64,000 bases of DNA from Tubulanus polymorphus (Eukaryota > Animalia > Nemertea): positions 27,446,299-27,510,298 of the forward strand of contig NC_134025.1 of assembly GCF_964204645.1 (NCBI RefSeq), read 5' to 3'. Positions 1-20,200 of this stretch are shown here, in pieces. The translations under genes were made by a program, and so were the position numbers. Every line of letters starts with the position of its first letter. Position 1 is the first letter of the stretch. The notes below the pieces were generated by a model. The model searched no databases and had not been told where the DNA came from. It saw nothing but the letters and a program-made list of their open reading frames with translations.

Positions 1-1770
1 CAAATTATTGAATATGAGATGCACAGCTACCATCGAATTCATCATCTGTTCGTCAACGGTATGTGAGAGTGTCATTATTTCATTTTCGTTGAATTATTGT
101 GATCAATTTCAAATCCTCGTGCATCTAATTTCCAGATAGATTGCTCGGCCTATCGCGTGGCAGAGAAATTATGCGAGTTAGAAAGAGTTCGTTGGAAGTG
201 AAGCCGCGCAGATCTGGCGTCAATGCGATGAAAGATCTGTTGAACGATATACATTTAGTATCCCAAAAACTTCAGTTGACATCGCGTAACTGTGAGAAAT
301 TGGACTCTGTGATCGCTGCGCTTCATTCACTGATTAATCTACATCTAAACGAAGATAGTCTGGAATTTTGCCAAACTTGTCGAACTGAAAATGGAATACT
401 TTGTACGCAGTTCGTGAGACGCTCGAATTGTGGATCGAAAAATCGCTATTCTTTAGTAGTAGAAATTCACAATAACGGACTTATATCATTACCAACTGGG
501 TTAATCTTCTCTGTTAATTTGGAGGCTAGTCGACGTGGACGAGAAGAAAGATATATTTTTTCGAAATGTGTTGCATTGCCGGAATTGTTAGCTGGAAAAT
601 CACACGCAGTTGAATTCTATCTGACCGATCAGATCGTGGATAACATTCCATTAGTTGTCAAACCTGCTCTTATTCTTCCGGTATCAAATTTGCTGGAGGG
701 GTTCTGCGGTATGTTCAGTATAAGCGGTCTGCCCAAAAGTATATCAGTTCAAATGGTAAAAATAAGAATAACTGTATTAGACTTTCTTAGTGAGATTTGT
801 TCACATGTCGAACCAGTCATTACCGCTAAATCAGCTCTGTCTCGTATAAGATCTTGTGAAAATTCTTCAACTGATAAGATTATTTTATCTGAAACTGTAA
901 AGATAGATACAGCCGATTTATTCTGTAAGTGTTGGTCAAATGAAATCCTTGGAACAGGTAGGTTACAATGAAGGTTTCATTCAGTATTGTGACGATAGAA
1001 TTTCATTTGAATTTTGCCCAGAATCGTGCTTCAATGTCAGTTCGGAATTTTGCAATACATTTAAAAATAAGCTTTGGAAGGCTCGATGTTCCTGATACTT
1101 AAATTTAATCCTTTCAATTAGGTGAAATATTTCCAGTCACCTATACTGTATTTGCATGTATGTTCATTTTCTGGTTGAAATTATCTTATTACAGAAGTCG
1201 GAATACTGAAATATTTGCTGACGGGGAGTGTCACTGGTATCAATCAACCAACTGTTCATCTACAGAATCCTGCAGGAGAAACAATAACGCTTTTCATTTC
1301 TAGCGATTCCGACTCCATCTACCAGTTATTACTGCAGACGTCGTCTCAGTCACTGTTGCACGAACTCAAGTTGTCCATCAACGGAAAATTAAAGGTACCG
1401 TACTTGAACGTATCGATACGATTATCATTAAACCCGAACGCAAACGATTACATTGATGAATACGTCAAGTGTTTGTTCTTTCTTTACAGCAAAAAGAACT
1501 TTTTAGCGCGAGGCACAAATTTTCGCAAGAATCAGTTCATGGTTTAGTTAAGAATCTCGAGGTAAATTTCGTATAATTCATCCGCGAGTTGATTAATCTA
1601 TTAGTTACACGTATATAGTTAAATGAATTGTTCGCATTTTATTGCAGAAAATCGAAAAGTTGTGCGGTTATAGCCATGAACTTCACGAGCACGAAGGAGA
1701 TTTAGCTCAAATCCAGAAAGTTGTCCTCGAGTATAAGAAACTACGCGTTCTCGGGGACACGTGGCGATAA
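1..1770 (+). CDS. FAAP100: Fanconi anemia core complex-associated protein 100-like, 3' part (5' end outside window)
   Basis: GT-AG exons ~<1-57, 137-957, 1195-1395, 1490-1561, 1648-1770 (TAA). RLLGLSRGREIM, MKDLLNDIHLVSQKLQLTSRNCEKLDSVIAALHSLINL and C-terminal QKVVLEYKKLR resemble, in order, recalled FAAP100 segments (LLALSAKGRLM; KELLSGIGNISERVS..LNEAMN; LLQVYRQLR). Confidence 0.6.
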
Positions 1771-3454
1771 TTAAAGATACAAATCGAAAAACTGAAAATC
1801 ACGATGCAATAATGTATCTATTCTTATTTGCATGTTTTTTATTACGACTTGAACGAATAAATTGGTTTTTGTTTATCATTTTATGAATTCGTTACATTTG
1901 AAATGTTTGGTTATTCTATGAACACGAATGCTGTGGAGAACGGAGAAATCGTCGTAGCAACAGGGACGGATGTAGAGCTTGGTTTCGGGGTCCGTATCAC
2001 AGTTTTCCATCGAGATGAACCTTTTTGTCTCACTGAAACCCATAAATTTAACGTTCATGCTCTCGGAAATTGAATCTTTGCGAAAGTTTTTGCAAAAAGT
2101 TGTAACACCTAAGTTTGTGCACTTCGGTGGGGCTGTTCCATTCTCTTTCAGACCCCCGCCTTCCTATTGTCCTAGATCTGCCCCTGAACAAACGTATGAT
2201 TCTACTACCCCATAAATAAAAGTAGTTGAAATATAAGTTCACTCTAGTGTTGGAGAATTTATTGTACGCTGTCTACATAGAATAGTGTCGACTTGTAAAT
2301 GCTTAGAAGAAGCTGATTCTGTCTCGTCGTCGAGCAGTACCTGTACTTAGACTTCGTCTAGTTTTTTTTCCATTAGGAAACATTCAGAGAGTAAGGCTTA
2401 CCACTGTTTGGGGAGGGGGTTAATTCTTGTTAGAAACACGACATGCAGTCTATTCAGTGTAATGTTTGCGGTACTAAGAATTCATTCCTCGATTGTGGTA
2501 ATAGCACGATACGTATCTGTGAGGGGGGGGGGTCAGGAAACTTGGTGCAAAGGTTGTATAGCGGGAGATTTTGGGCTAGACTTTTCGAACACTTCCGCAC
2601 AGACAGTCAGCGATTCTCGACTATCCGCCATACCTGACTGAGACCAGTGGAACGACTGAATTTGCGTGAATCGGGGAATTCATGGCAGGAAACAAGGGTA
2701 TAATCGCAGGTCGACCAACTTCGTATCGGCTTTTAAAACACTTCACGTAGGTTAGAAAAATCAATGAATAATAAATGAGCCTCGAAACGCTACGAAAAAC
2801 GATAATACTTCAATACGAGTATATGTACTTTTATTTCCGAACGAATATTCACGCTGCCAACACATCCAAACATAAAACAAAAAGAGAAAAATCCGCTCTA
2901 CAAAGGGCTGATATAACAGAGGATCTAAAAATAGGTTAAGGTAGAACAAAAATGGTTTCTTCTTATACAATAAACACTCATTGGAGTTATTTTTATGATG
3001 ATATTTCCGATAGAATGCTTCTTCTTAACGTTAAAACATACTTCCTTATTGATTAAAACTATTCCATATTAAAACGACGTTTCATTTGGTATCTTGGCCC
3101 TTTGAGAAAGACGACTAGAATATGACTTAATTCACACGACATGCACACGATAATCATCGAATCACGGAAACTTAAATTTAGAATACATATGATGTAAATT
3201 ATATCATGGATTAAATAGCATTCAAAGAAATTCCGAAAAAATACCGCGGAATCTTTTTTTTATTACACTTAGTCAAAATTTTGAGATTCCGTAATTGTGG
3301 AATATTGATATCAATTGATATTTTCCATATTACCATACAGAATAATGATGTACAGAATAATGATGTATATATTATATGTGTAGCCGTAATCCATCTTTAG
3401 TCGATGGACGAATATAAATATATATGGCTGTTGAGTTTTCGTTGCATTTACCCC

Positions 3455-9798
<6,344 letters not shown>

Positions 9799-10361
9799 AG
9801 TTTCATCAGGAAGTGCACTGGTTCAACAACTAAACAGTATCTGTGGAGTCTACTACTAAACACTACTGCGATAAAACCACACAGGCACTGAGTCTTAATC
9901 ATAGAATGTCACTTATGGTGGCTTCCCACGGCATTCGGTTAAAACGTGTTTCAGTATAAATCGTCAAAAGCATTCGTTCGCGACATAAATACACTTACAT
10001 AAATGCCATTTATTATTATAAACAAGTTCAAAATCAGGTCTGCGGGGCTAATTTTAGAAATGTCTTGAATGTCATCACCAAATGAGATATAGTGCTAAAT
10101 TATATAGGAAAAGCAATGAATTTGAAATACTGCGCTTCGTTGAAATGAGAATTTCATAATTGGGACGCTTTATTCATTAGAATTTTGAATTATTCGCGTA
10201 CAAGTTTCTTTATGAAAAGGAAAGGGTTCGTAGTCGGCTTATGAATGATAATGTTGACACCTTTTGAACCGGTCTTTCAAACTCTCCACCAGGGCACACA
10301 TTCTTTTCATCTGAGGTTGGCATTGACAAGATACCATTTTGAAATATTCGATAAATTAATA

Positions 10362-10644
10362 ATGATGATGATGATGGTGGTGGTGGTGGTGGTGGTGGTG
10401 GTGGTGGTGGTGGTGGTGGTGGTGGTGGTGGTGGTGGTGGTGGTGGTGGTGGTGGTGGTGGTGGTGGTGGTGGTGGTGGTGGTGGTGGTGGTGGTGGTGG
10501 TGGTGGTGGTGGTGGTGGTGGTGGTGGTGGTGGTGGTGGTGGTGGTGGTGGTGGTGGTGGTGGTGGTGGTGGTGGTGGTGGTGGTGGTGGTGGTGGTGGT
10601 GGTGGTGGTGGTGGTGATGGTGATGGTGATGGTGATGGTGATGG

Positions 10645-10691
<47 letters not shown>
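10362..10691. repeat. Compound microsatellite (ATG)n-(GTG)~80-(ATGGTG)n-(ATG)n
   Basis: Directly visible; produces the spurious poly-Val and poly-His ORFs. Confidence 0.98.
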
Positions 10692-10939
10692 CATTCGTGA
10701 TGCAGCGAAAGGGTGCATTCGTGATGCGAGATGTTTATTCAAACACTCTTGAAAGACGACTGCTATTATGTAAGCAATCCTAAAGTATCCACAAGGGCTG
10801 TACTCTTCATAACGGGTTGTTTTTAGAATGTGTTCTGTCTGTTGTTGAAATATGTAGACATTTCGGCATCGGTTAACTGTCAAAATATATAGAATCAATG
10901 GCAACAAAAAAGTTTTGCTTTATGTTTACAAAAAGGTAA

Positions 10940-11290
10940 AATGACCTACGTTTGTCATGAGATCAAACTAGTCATTAGCATCTTTCAGAAAGTATTCGCT
11001 TAAAATGAGGTAAGGTTTACCGTATTTTCTTTTTACGTATAGATTTTACATATTCGAAGAAAGTCAGAAGTGATCTGGCTAAAACCCAAAGTTTTATAAC
11101 TTCTTCACCATTCCGCTGCGCTAATGAATGTACCATGAACTTCAGAACTTGCTACGCAGTTTCATTCAATCAAGCATCAAAATTAAGCATTTTGTTTCAA
11201 AAATCAAAAGAACCAAATCAAAATACGAATGGAGTCTTTGTTCGCCAAATTGACAATATTCCTTACCCGTGGGTCGTAAACTCAACGATT
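10940..11290 (+). pseudogene. Degenerate tandem duplicate of the 3' end of the F-type lectin/PAN gene
   Basis: 11043-11270 aligns by eye with 12720-12946 (shared TTTCATTCAATCAAGCATC; CANECTMNFRTCYAVSFNQ vs CTDACNRNYRTCHAFSFNQ); last Cys lost (LSILF vs LCSFF); upstream piece with TGAGATCAAA..GAG|GTAAG mirrors the end of the lectin exon but is disrupted. Confidence 0.55.
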
Positions 11291-11896
11291 TATGACGGGG
11301 TTCACTATTTCGCTGTACCATCAATTATAGAACTTGCTGCGTATTTTCAATCAAGCATCAAGATTATGGAGTAAATAAAAGAAACCAAACCAAACCAGTA
11401 GGCGAATGGAATCTATGGTCAGCCGTGAGAGGACATCATCAAAGTCCTCATATAAGTTTCATTCTTTATCTTGAATATTCCTTCGGTTTTTCTATTCATA
11501 ATGCTATTTGTATATTTTGTCTTGAGAAAACTTTACCTGTACATGAAAATCAAATCAAATCCAACGAATCGTAAGTTTTCATTTGTATACATATGTTGTT
11601 TTTATCAGCCGTAAAAGGTAGCTTAGTAGCAGATCGGCCTTATCCATCGAATTGTCAGAGTAAATAATTCATTTATCGAAGTTGGAAATTGCGCGATGCT
11701 TTGCATTACCTACACATATACAGAGCGAGTCGTCAGGATAGATTAAGTTCGCAATGATGTGTCGGATATTAAGTGTAACATTTACACTATTCTACGTTAG
11801 ATCAGGTCAGAATTTATCTTAAAATCTTAAGAAATGTACATGATGTTTGTTTAAAAAACGTTTCCTTCAATTCATTAAATTCCATTTTTAATTTTA

Positions 11897-12946
11897 ATGA
11901 GATATAAATTTTATTGTCTCAATATTTCGTCACTTGCCAATGAAGTCACCGAAAGCGCACAATTTATCACTTTGACTGGTAAGCCGTCATCAATGAACAA
12001 AGTCTACGCACCAAACAGCTTTTTGGGGGCTGCCAAATGGGCATTTGATAACAATCCAAGTACATGTTCCTGCACTGATTATACGACAGAACCCTGGTGG
12101 CAAATAGATTTAGGAACTACATACAGGGTTACATCAGTGTCCATAACGAGCAGGGCCGATTGTTGTGGTAAGAAAAGAAATTGTATTTTGGGAATATTTC
12201 TAAACTATAAGGAAGGCAGGTGTATATTTGAAAATATGACTTACAGGCTACCGATTGAGGGAATTAAGCGTAATACTGACGAACTCCCCAGCGCCACCAA
12301 TTCCAAACGGCGACCTCTGCTATTACGAACCAAATCCGTTTGCAGAGGCCGAAACAAGGAAATTGGATTGTTCTTTGGCTATGGGGCGTTACTTGATTAT
12401 CACGAAGTCGAATCGTACTGAACATTTAACGTTATGTGAGATCAAAATAAAAGCTGCAATCGATTCACAGAGAGGTAAATGAAACGTGAAAATAATGAAT
12501 ATTTACACCTTAGAAATCATGTTAATGACTCAAAAATATTATTAGATGAGTGTAAAGCCTTCTTTGTCTAAAGAGGATTTAGTAGGAATCAAGTATGGAA
12601 ATTACCTTGATGACACGTTCATTCGCAAAATGTTATTCTAAAATTATTCATTTGAAAAGGTCACTTGTCCACACTTTCTGCAGATAGTAGTCAACCATAT
12701 TCTATCTTCATTCTCTTAGATTTTACCTTTTCGAAGAATGTCAGTGATGTGGTGAAAACTCGAAGTTTTATCACTGGTTCACTATTTCACTGCACAGATG
12801 CATGCAACAGAAACTACAGAACTTGTCACGCGTTTTCATTCAATCAAGCATCGAGGTTATGTAGTTTCTTTGAAAAATCGAAGGAAGCAAATCCGAATAC
12901 AAAAGGAGTTTTTGTGAGTCAAATTGACTATATTGGTTATCCGTGA
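11897..12946 (+). CDS. F-type lectin (fucolectin, F5/8-type C fold) plus C-terminal PAN/apple-like domain; start exon unresolved
   Basis: AFDNN..CSCT..EPWWQIDLG..VTSVSITSRADCC | intron 12168-12247 | GYRL..MGRYLII..LTLCEIKI | intron | PAN-like C-x3-C-x6-C-x-AFSF-x6-C ending in TGA at 12946. Confidence 0.8.
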
Positions 12947-14203
12947 AGACGATGAATCCGTGATATCTTATCAAAGTGAGCACTATATATTGTTTGTATA
13001 CTATAAACTAATAAGTAAAACTTCTATCAGTCAAGAAGGATTGTGCGTATATACCAGATATATCTAACTTCAAAGGGTTTAGAAAATTTCTTCATCCGAC
13101 GCCACGATCTAAGGCTCCCCATAAGTCGTACGAGCGTCGAAGAAAATGGTAATTATTCAATGATATTAAAGTTTTCCTACAATGATACATTCGCTCTCCT
13201 CTCAAGGCTCGTAGAACTTCGAAAAACGGACATAGAGATGTCTAAATGAAAGCTAAATGGATCTGTAGGACAACCTTTCAATCAGATAACTGATCGACGT
13301 GATTTAGTAATTGTTTTATTCAAACGATAGAAATGTGCCGAAAAAACTTTTTATGTTTATTATTTTTATGATTATGTTAAGATACTGTATATGTGTAAAT
13401 TGTATAACTGTACATGTATATTTCCATGTATTCACTTCTGTTTTTGTGCTCGAAAAATTGTGCATTATTTTGAGCAATAAAGAATAATCTAATCTAGTAA
13501 AAAGAAGACATTATTTGTATCTATTTGTTCGTACCTATTGTAGGTATCTGGCCACATATTTTTTATGATTATCTCATCAACGCTTTTAGTCAGCGAATTC
13601 GAAATAATTGATGCGCCGAGGATTTGAAAACGAGAAAATTTCAATTTCACAGGTGGACCCTATTCTAGATTCTAGTTATGAACCAGTTCCACGGAGTTGA
13701 TTTCGACTAAAATGACGTGCTATCAATGCGCATATTAATGGGAGTAAGATATATATTAAAGCGATGCGAACCGTGTTTGTAGAACGGCAGTGCCAGGTTG
13801 AACACACATCTATGATTCGCAACAGATCCAGACTGAAAACACAGAAAAACGAGAACGTCTATTCCAGTTCAAGTTCACCGCGTAACTAAGAAAAACAACC
13901 TGGATGGAATAACATTGTCGTTACAAATAACTTTATAACAATTACAAGGTGATTGAATCGAATATTTAGTTTTGTTCGATTCAGACATTATTGTCGCCTA
14001 TGTTTTGAATTAAGATAGTAAAAGAATGAAGTCAGGTTTCTGCAGGACTACTCATCTCGACGAGTTGTCGCATATGAAAAACCAACTGATTGTGACGGAG
14101 AGATATTGTTATGGACATAATTTCGCACGGGATGGTTGGATGTTCATGATCGCATTGTGTATTTGTTATTTACATTGACGCAGCTCTCAGCATCCAGTAT
14201 AAG

Positions 14204-17200
14204 ATGACACTTGGAGATGTCAGACTGTTGTCCCGGTTACTGGGTATCATTTTACAGCTGATGGTTATTATTCACAAAGAAGGTAAATTTTCAATATTTT
14301 GTTTTGAAATTCAATTATCTGCCTTTGGTACAGGAAAGTCGAGTAGCAATTCGTTGACATGCTATGAACTGTCAGCTATCCGTTCAAGACCGAATTGGCC
14401 AGATTCTCTGACAAGCGGTGATGTGCATGTTATCATTTTATTTCATTCAACAAAATCCAATATCGGAACAATGATCATTCAATGCTTGACTTCTTCGTTG
14501 TAGTATATTTGTTATGAAAGGGGTTTTTTACAGTTTAATAAGTAGTCAAAATGTAAATGTAAAATCCCCTTTTCATAACATTATTCTAAATTAATTTTCT
14601 TTGTAATATCTTATACCTGACGCATGATTAAATGTGAAATTATTACTGACAGTTATCTATTGTATTTCCAGACAGATATATCATTCTCCGATGTTATCAA
14701 TTTTCACAAATTTAATTGAACGTGTTAGAGTTTACGCAGCATGAAGTACTGCCCGTATAAAATGACTTCATAAATAATTCACTTTGAAACTGGCTTAAAG
14801 GCATTGTTTCAGTTTAGAAAAATCTCCTATCATCGCTGTTCTGTATCATCAATTACAGTCTCACTATAACTCGAAGTAACCGTTTTTGAACTTTTGAATG
14901 TAGGAAAAATAACCGCAGCTTTTCTTATAGTAATTCATCAACCATTTTCGTCGTTAATGTCCGTAGTTTATAGATACAACGAAAAGTTTTATGTAAGCCT
15001 GTGAATTTCATCAGCAAACCGTTTTTGCCAAATTTTGCGTTGTGTGCCGAGGAGGGACGCGGTACGAATTTTCTAGTCGGCGAATAAAACAAGCTAGTGA
15101 TATTATCAGCGAATTTTAATTGGCGAATGCCAAATTCGCTCAGTCTGTCTGTCACTTCTACTGAATAAATTCGGCGAACATACTGAATCATGGGATCATT
15201 ATTTTCATTGCCATTCGGTGAATCAGAGTCTTATTCGTCTAAATGTGTCGACCTTAGTCTCCCGAATTCAATAGCAGGCGGGATATAGCGAATGTTTTGC
15301 CGATGAAATTCGCCTTATCTATGACAGGCCGAAGCGACGAGCTGGTGAAATGTTTCTATTCATTCATTAACAGTTATCTCCGGGGAGGAGCTTTAAATGA
15401 ATTCTACCGATTCATGTCGTTAGAGAATTCGTGTATCTAGTTGAAGCCATGTAGTTTTCCTCCTTAGTTTAACGAGTTTTTGTTTCTTACTTATAAACAC
15501 GAAGCTATTGATATCGAAATATCATAAACACCAGTAAATTCTAGTTGCATTACATATAAACAATAATGAAGGTGTATATACGTGATAATGTGATGTTTTA
15601 TCAGATCAAATTTTAGATATTCATGCTGTGAATGATTATCTATATGTCCGTATAGAATAGTTACTCTTTCCTGTCTCAGTCCCCCAGATTCTAAATACTT
15701 CCTCGGAACATCAATGGAAAGAGGTAAGTCTTGCGGGTAATCTAAGCGGTCACCGGTGGAAAAGTATTTGATAATTCTTAAGGCAGTTCTGGTGTCATCG
15801 AGTGGGCAGACGAAGAGAGAACGGTTTTACAATAAGCAACTTCCTATTATTCAATATAGATTCCGAATAACGAGGTATAGTAAAAATAGTTCAGCCTGAT
15901 TTTGGCTCCAGAGATTTGCTTCGCTATCATCCATTTCTACGAACCACAGTGGAAATATCTTTTACCTTGTAGAAGAACACTTGCATTCAATACTTTTGGT
16001 ATCTCTGATGGGCTAGTATACGACTTAATTGACGACTGTCCAAGGCTTTTAGATTAATAATCTTCCCTTTTCAAGGATCTGCCAACCAGAATCTAACAGC
16101 AAATGCGCGAAGTGCGTGCAAAGAAGGAACGTTCCCATGCGCTACAGTTACCGGATGTATTCCGCAACGAAAAATGTGTGATGGTGTGCATGATTGTTCG
16201 GATGGTACTGATGAACACGACTGCAGTAAGTGTTATTAGAATTGACTCGAAAGTTGAATCGAACGGAGACCAGATTGTGTGTAACCAAATTGAACAAACC
16301 ATTTGTAAATCACATCAGTTTTACTGCAGCATTCAAAGTAGCGTCAGTCTATCTTTAGTTCACGCCTCCACGGTATATCCAAGTGATACGGTTCGTATGA
16401 GACTAACAATCTATGGGTTATTGAATAGCCACGAACCAAATTAGGAAAATAATTACACATTTCAAATCCCCGTTAATTCATTAAGGCATATATTCACCAC
16501 CACCTGGACCGATAAATGATAGATCATGACAGAATCGAATGGCAAGAATCTACTGTTTCTTTCAGGTGACATATATGATCGTGAGTACTGGAACCGATTG
16601 TTTGAAAAACGACCAGATTCGGATAGAAACCGAGAAAGTGGCAATTGTTGTAAGTTGTTTATTAGTAAAACCTTATTTAAGATAGTTCATGCGATCAAGT
16701 CAATTTATAATGATATATATGTTACTCCGGTTTGTGTCGGGTATCTGACAATTACGGCGCTTATCAGCGATGCTAACAAATTAGTCAGGAAACGAACAAA
16801 CGGAAGCGTCCCGAGGACATGATATATTTTTCACATTTTTCCAATAGAAAAAAAAACGAATAATCTATTGGTAAAAATAAATCATTATTTCCTAAACGGC
16901 AGTATTTTTTCATTTCAAAATAGCTATTGAGGAAAAAATTTTCAATGAAAAAAGAAATATCACGGTAAAGCACATACGAACCACACGCATCAGCTATAAA
17001 ATGCGTGACATAAACCGTTGATTGCTGTGTATTTTTTATATTCTTCACGTATCATTGCGATTCCATCTATATTTCATCAGTTCACAGCATACGCTATGAA
17101 ACAGCAATTACGTCCTGCATCTCGTTTATCACAATTAATCCGCACTGGATCCGAAATCGCTTTCGTTATGAGTTGTGATGATTCCTCAAAATGGCGATTC

Positions 17201-20200
17201 GTGTGGCGTGACCAATGGCGAAAAGGGGCGAGATTTGATTTACTTTCAGCTGCAATTCTAATTCAGCCGCTACTCATTTTCATTGACGTGTTTACTGGTT
17301 GTCATAAACGAACTGTAATTAACGCCATCGAAAATCTTTTTGTCATTCTCGATTATCTTCAATTAAATCACAATCTCATTCGAGCAGGAGCTGAGGTTGT
17401 TCGATATGAATTAAACATGAGACGGCGATATCAAATATACCCCCCACACTGTGAGCCTCGCACGAACGCTTGAGAGATAGAGAAAACAGTAAATTACCCT
17501 ACTAATAACCTCGGATACCATGAATACCTGGTTCCTATTACCACCGTATCATCGTCGGCGACTTTTAAAGGTGGAGTTTTGAAACCTACATGAAATAAAC
17601 GTGCTCTGTATTTCTAATCGCAGACTTTGAACACGTACCTGCCGGGTGTAAATGCACTAACAATAAAGTTTACTGTATAAAATTGAAGTTGACAGAAATA
17701 CCGCATGATCTACCATCTAGTTTAACCTACCTGTAAGTATCTTCGTATTTGAAAGTTTGAAAAAAGATTATGCTACCACGGAAGCGTACGGAAGAGCATT
17801 GCGGCCCGATGATGTTTTTTGTCTAAAATGTATAAACTTTAGAAACTTTATGAACTCGAAACTTTGACTTAGTCGAAACTTCGATTCATAGATTCGCAAT
17901 TTCAGCTTAGCTACTCGAAATTTCGAGTTTGTTAAGTTCAAATATAAACTTGGTGGTTAATAATATGTAAATCTAAACTGTACATTAATAATATACTATA
18001 AGCTTTGAAAGACTGTCCTGATATTTCCTGATGCATGCTCATTGTCACGTTTTGGCATTGTCGTAGTTTTGAAGTTATGGGCAACGTGTTACACCAAGCT
18101 ATTTCTTTGCTTTTTTCTCAATAATAGAAATTTATCAAAATTTGTCGAGGCAGACTGTTTTGTTTTCCTTCTTTTTGCTGTAATGTTAGCACTTGATCGT
18201 GTTTATGAGACTACAAATCGTAATTCAACGAACAATACACTTCCTGTTCATAATTTATGATTTCACAACTTCATTATTTTCATCCCTTTTCTTCGAATTG
18301 ATTATCGTTGCGGAAGATGAATGACGAGTTTAATTTCGAGTTTATTCAAATTTCGAATTTAAAAGTCAAAATTTCGAAAAGTCGACAAGTTGAAAAAAAT
18401 CATATGGTCGCAATGCTCTTCCGTAGAAGCGCCCCGGGGCATAAAGTAGGAGCTAAATCGTCACCGGTCGACAAAAAAAAATCTGCTGGATATTTCTTTT
18501 ATTCACACTTCAGTGATATGTCGAGTAATGAAATTACGTCACTTCGTCAGCAACAATTTCGTCGATTTCATGAACTGGAAACACTGTGAGTAGAATTACC
18601 GTCAGAGATTTGAGCCGAATTAACCGTGTGTAAAAAATTCAATAAACAAAAAAAATGAAAACATATATCGTTGACATTTCTGACCAATTTACAATCTGCA
18701 AAAACTATTCCATCTAATTACGCGTAAGTGGAGAATAATTATATTGAAAATCGATTTATCGACTGTTAGAAAACAAAATTGGTTCATGGTGAACAGAATG
18801 AATTTTGATCTGATATACACAGCTTACAATAAAGAAGTTTCCAGTTTCTAGGCGCCATTTTGTGGCGGTCCCTCGAGGTCCCTATTGTTGCGATAATTTG
18901 CGTTCATTTTTAAAACATAAGTTTAGATTGAATATCATATAGTGCTGCAGTCCCTTGCTCGACGAAATCGATTTATACACCATTTTAAAGGAAATTAAAT
19001 GCAGATATTTGCTGGCGATTCTTGGAATTTTTGAACTCAACAATTGAGAACAGTGAAGATGTGAAACCAAGGACCGCATATCTTAACCGTGCGTAAAAGA
19101 AATCGCAATATTTATTAATTTTGAAATATCTAAGTATCTCTTAAAGCTATATTTCAAATTTTCAGAGAGGTTAAAGAGGGTTATTTGCAGTTTAAGCCTG
19201 CGTTGAATTTTTTTGAATATCTTACCTGACGACTGATCTGTACCCGCTTGAGTTTGAGATTATGCGCAAAAGGGGTCTCCCTCTGCGCACCGCCATTTCA
19301 CTGAACATTGAGATTTGTGAAAAGAAATCGCAAAAATAGGATTTTATACTGGTTTGTAATTATCAATATTGCTTCTGATGGTTATATATTACCTTTATTT
19401 TCGTATGGTTGAAAATGGACTTTGAGTGCTTTGATGAATTCGAGTTTTGTAGCGTTGGGAAATTAAAGGATTTCTTGTAAGAGTGGGGACTTTCTGTGTT
19501 GGTTGCAAATATGGCCTAGTTGAGAACCTAATTTGCGTTTCAACCGAATGTACCACTCATGGTTGGACACTAGAAAAAAAATCTAAGTTTCTATATATAT
19601 TTTTGAATATGCGGCGCAGCTGAAAGTTGCCAAACTGGACGTTGACCCCCTAAAACAGAATATCGAATGGGGGACAGATATGAACCCCTTTAAATATTAT
19701 ATTGGAATTTTATATCAGTAAGGTTTTCTGGTCGATGTTTTCCAGCAAGAAGGTTGAGATTCATTAAATAAATTCATCGTATGATCCCAGAATGAGGGAT
19801 TACCAGAGAGAGACATGTGTTAAATATGTCCTAAGCGTTTAAATTGACTGGCACATTTCACCATCGACTCTAAAACGTTTGATTTCACCGAACACAAAAT
19901 CGGCGCTAGGCTGGACGGGCTGTATACGACAATTCCTCAACTGGGCCGTTCACACTTCAATAGCGGGACAAACCGGATCCCGAAACCAGATTAACGAATT
20001 GCCCCCGCCAAAATACGGTACAAACAAGATATGGATTATCTTCTCAAAATATCCCCATGGAAAATGTGAAGAAATCAAATTGCATTTTAAAATTTCTTGT
20101 CGCAAATCTCAATGTTCAGAAAAATTACAATGCGCAGTGGGAGACCCCTTTTGCGCGTAATCTCAAACTCAAGCGGGTACAGATCAGTCGTCAGGTAAGA

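Noticed and set aside
1876-2700. Cluster of short ORFs on both strands downstream of FAAP100
   Set aside because: No recognisable domain or consistent splice pattern; contains a hAT-like end (~2171-2186) and G runs, so more likely repeat debris.
10245-10907. Poly-Val (+) and poly-His (-) ORFs
   Set aside because: Translations of a trinucleotide microsatellite with no gene context.
14510-14580. ~23-bp imperfect inverted repeat
   Set aside because: AT-rich, no TSD, not of the CA..TG/7-bp class; probably a MITE remnant.
17018-17473. 151-aa plus-strand ORF
   Set aside because: Lies in an LGR intron, non-ATG start, no motif and no phase-compatible splice sites found.
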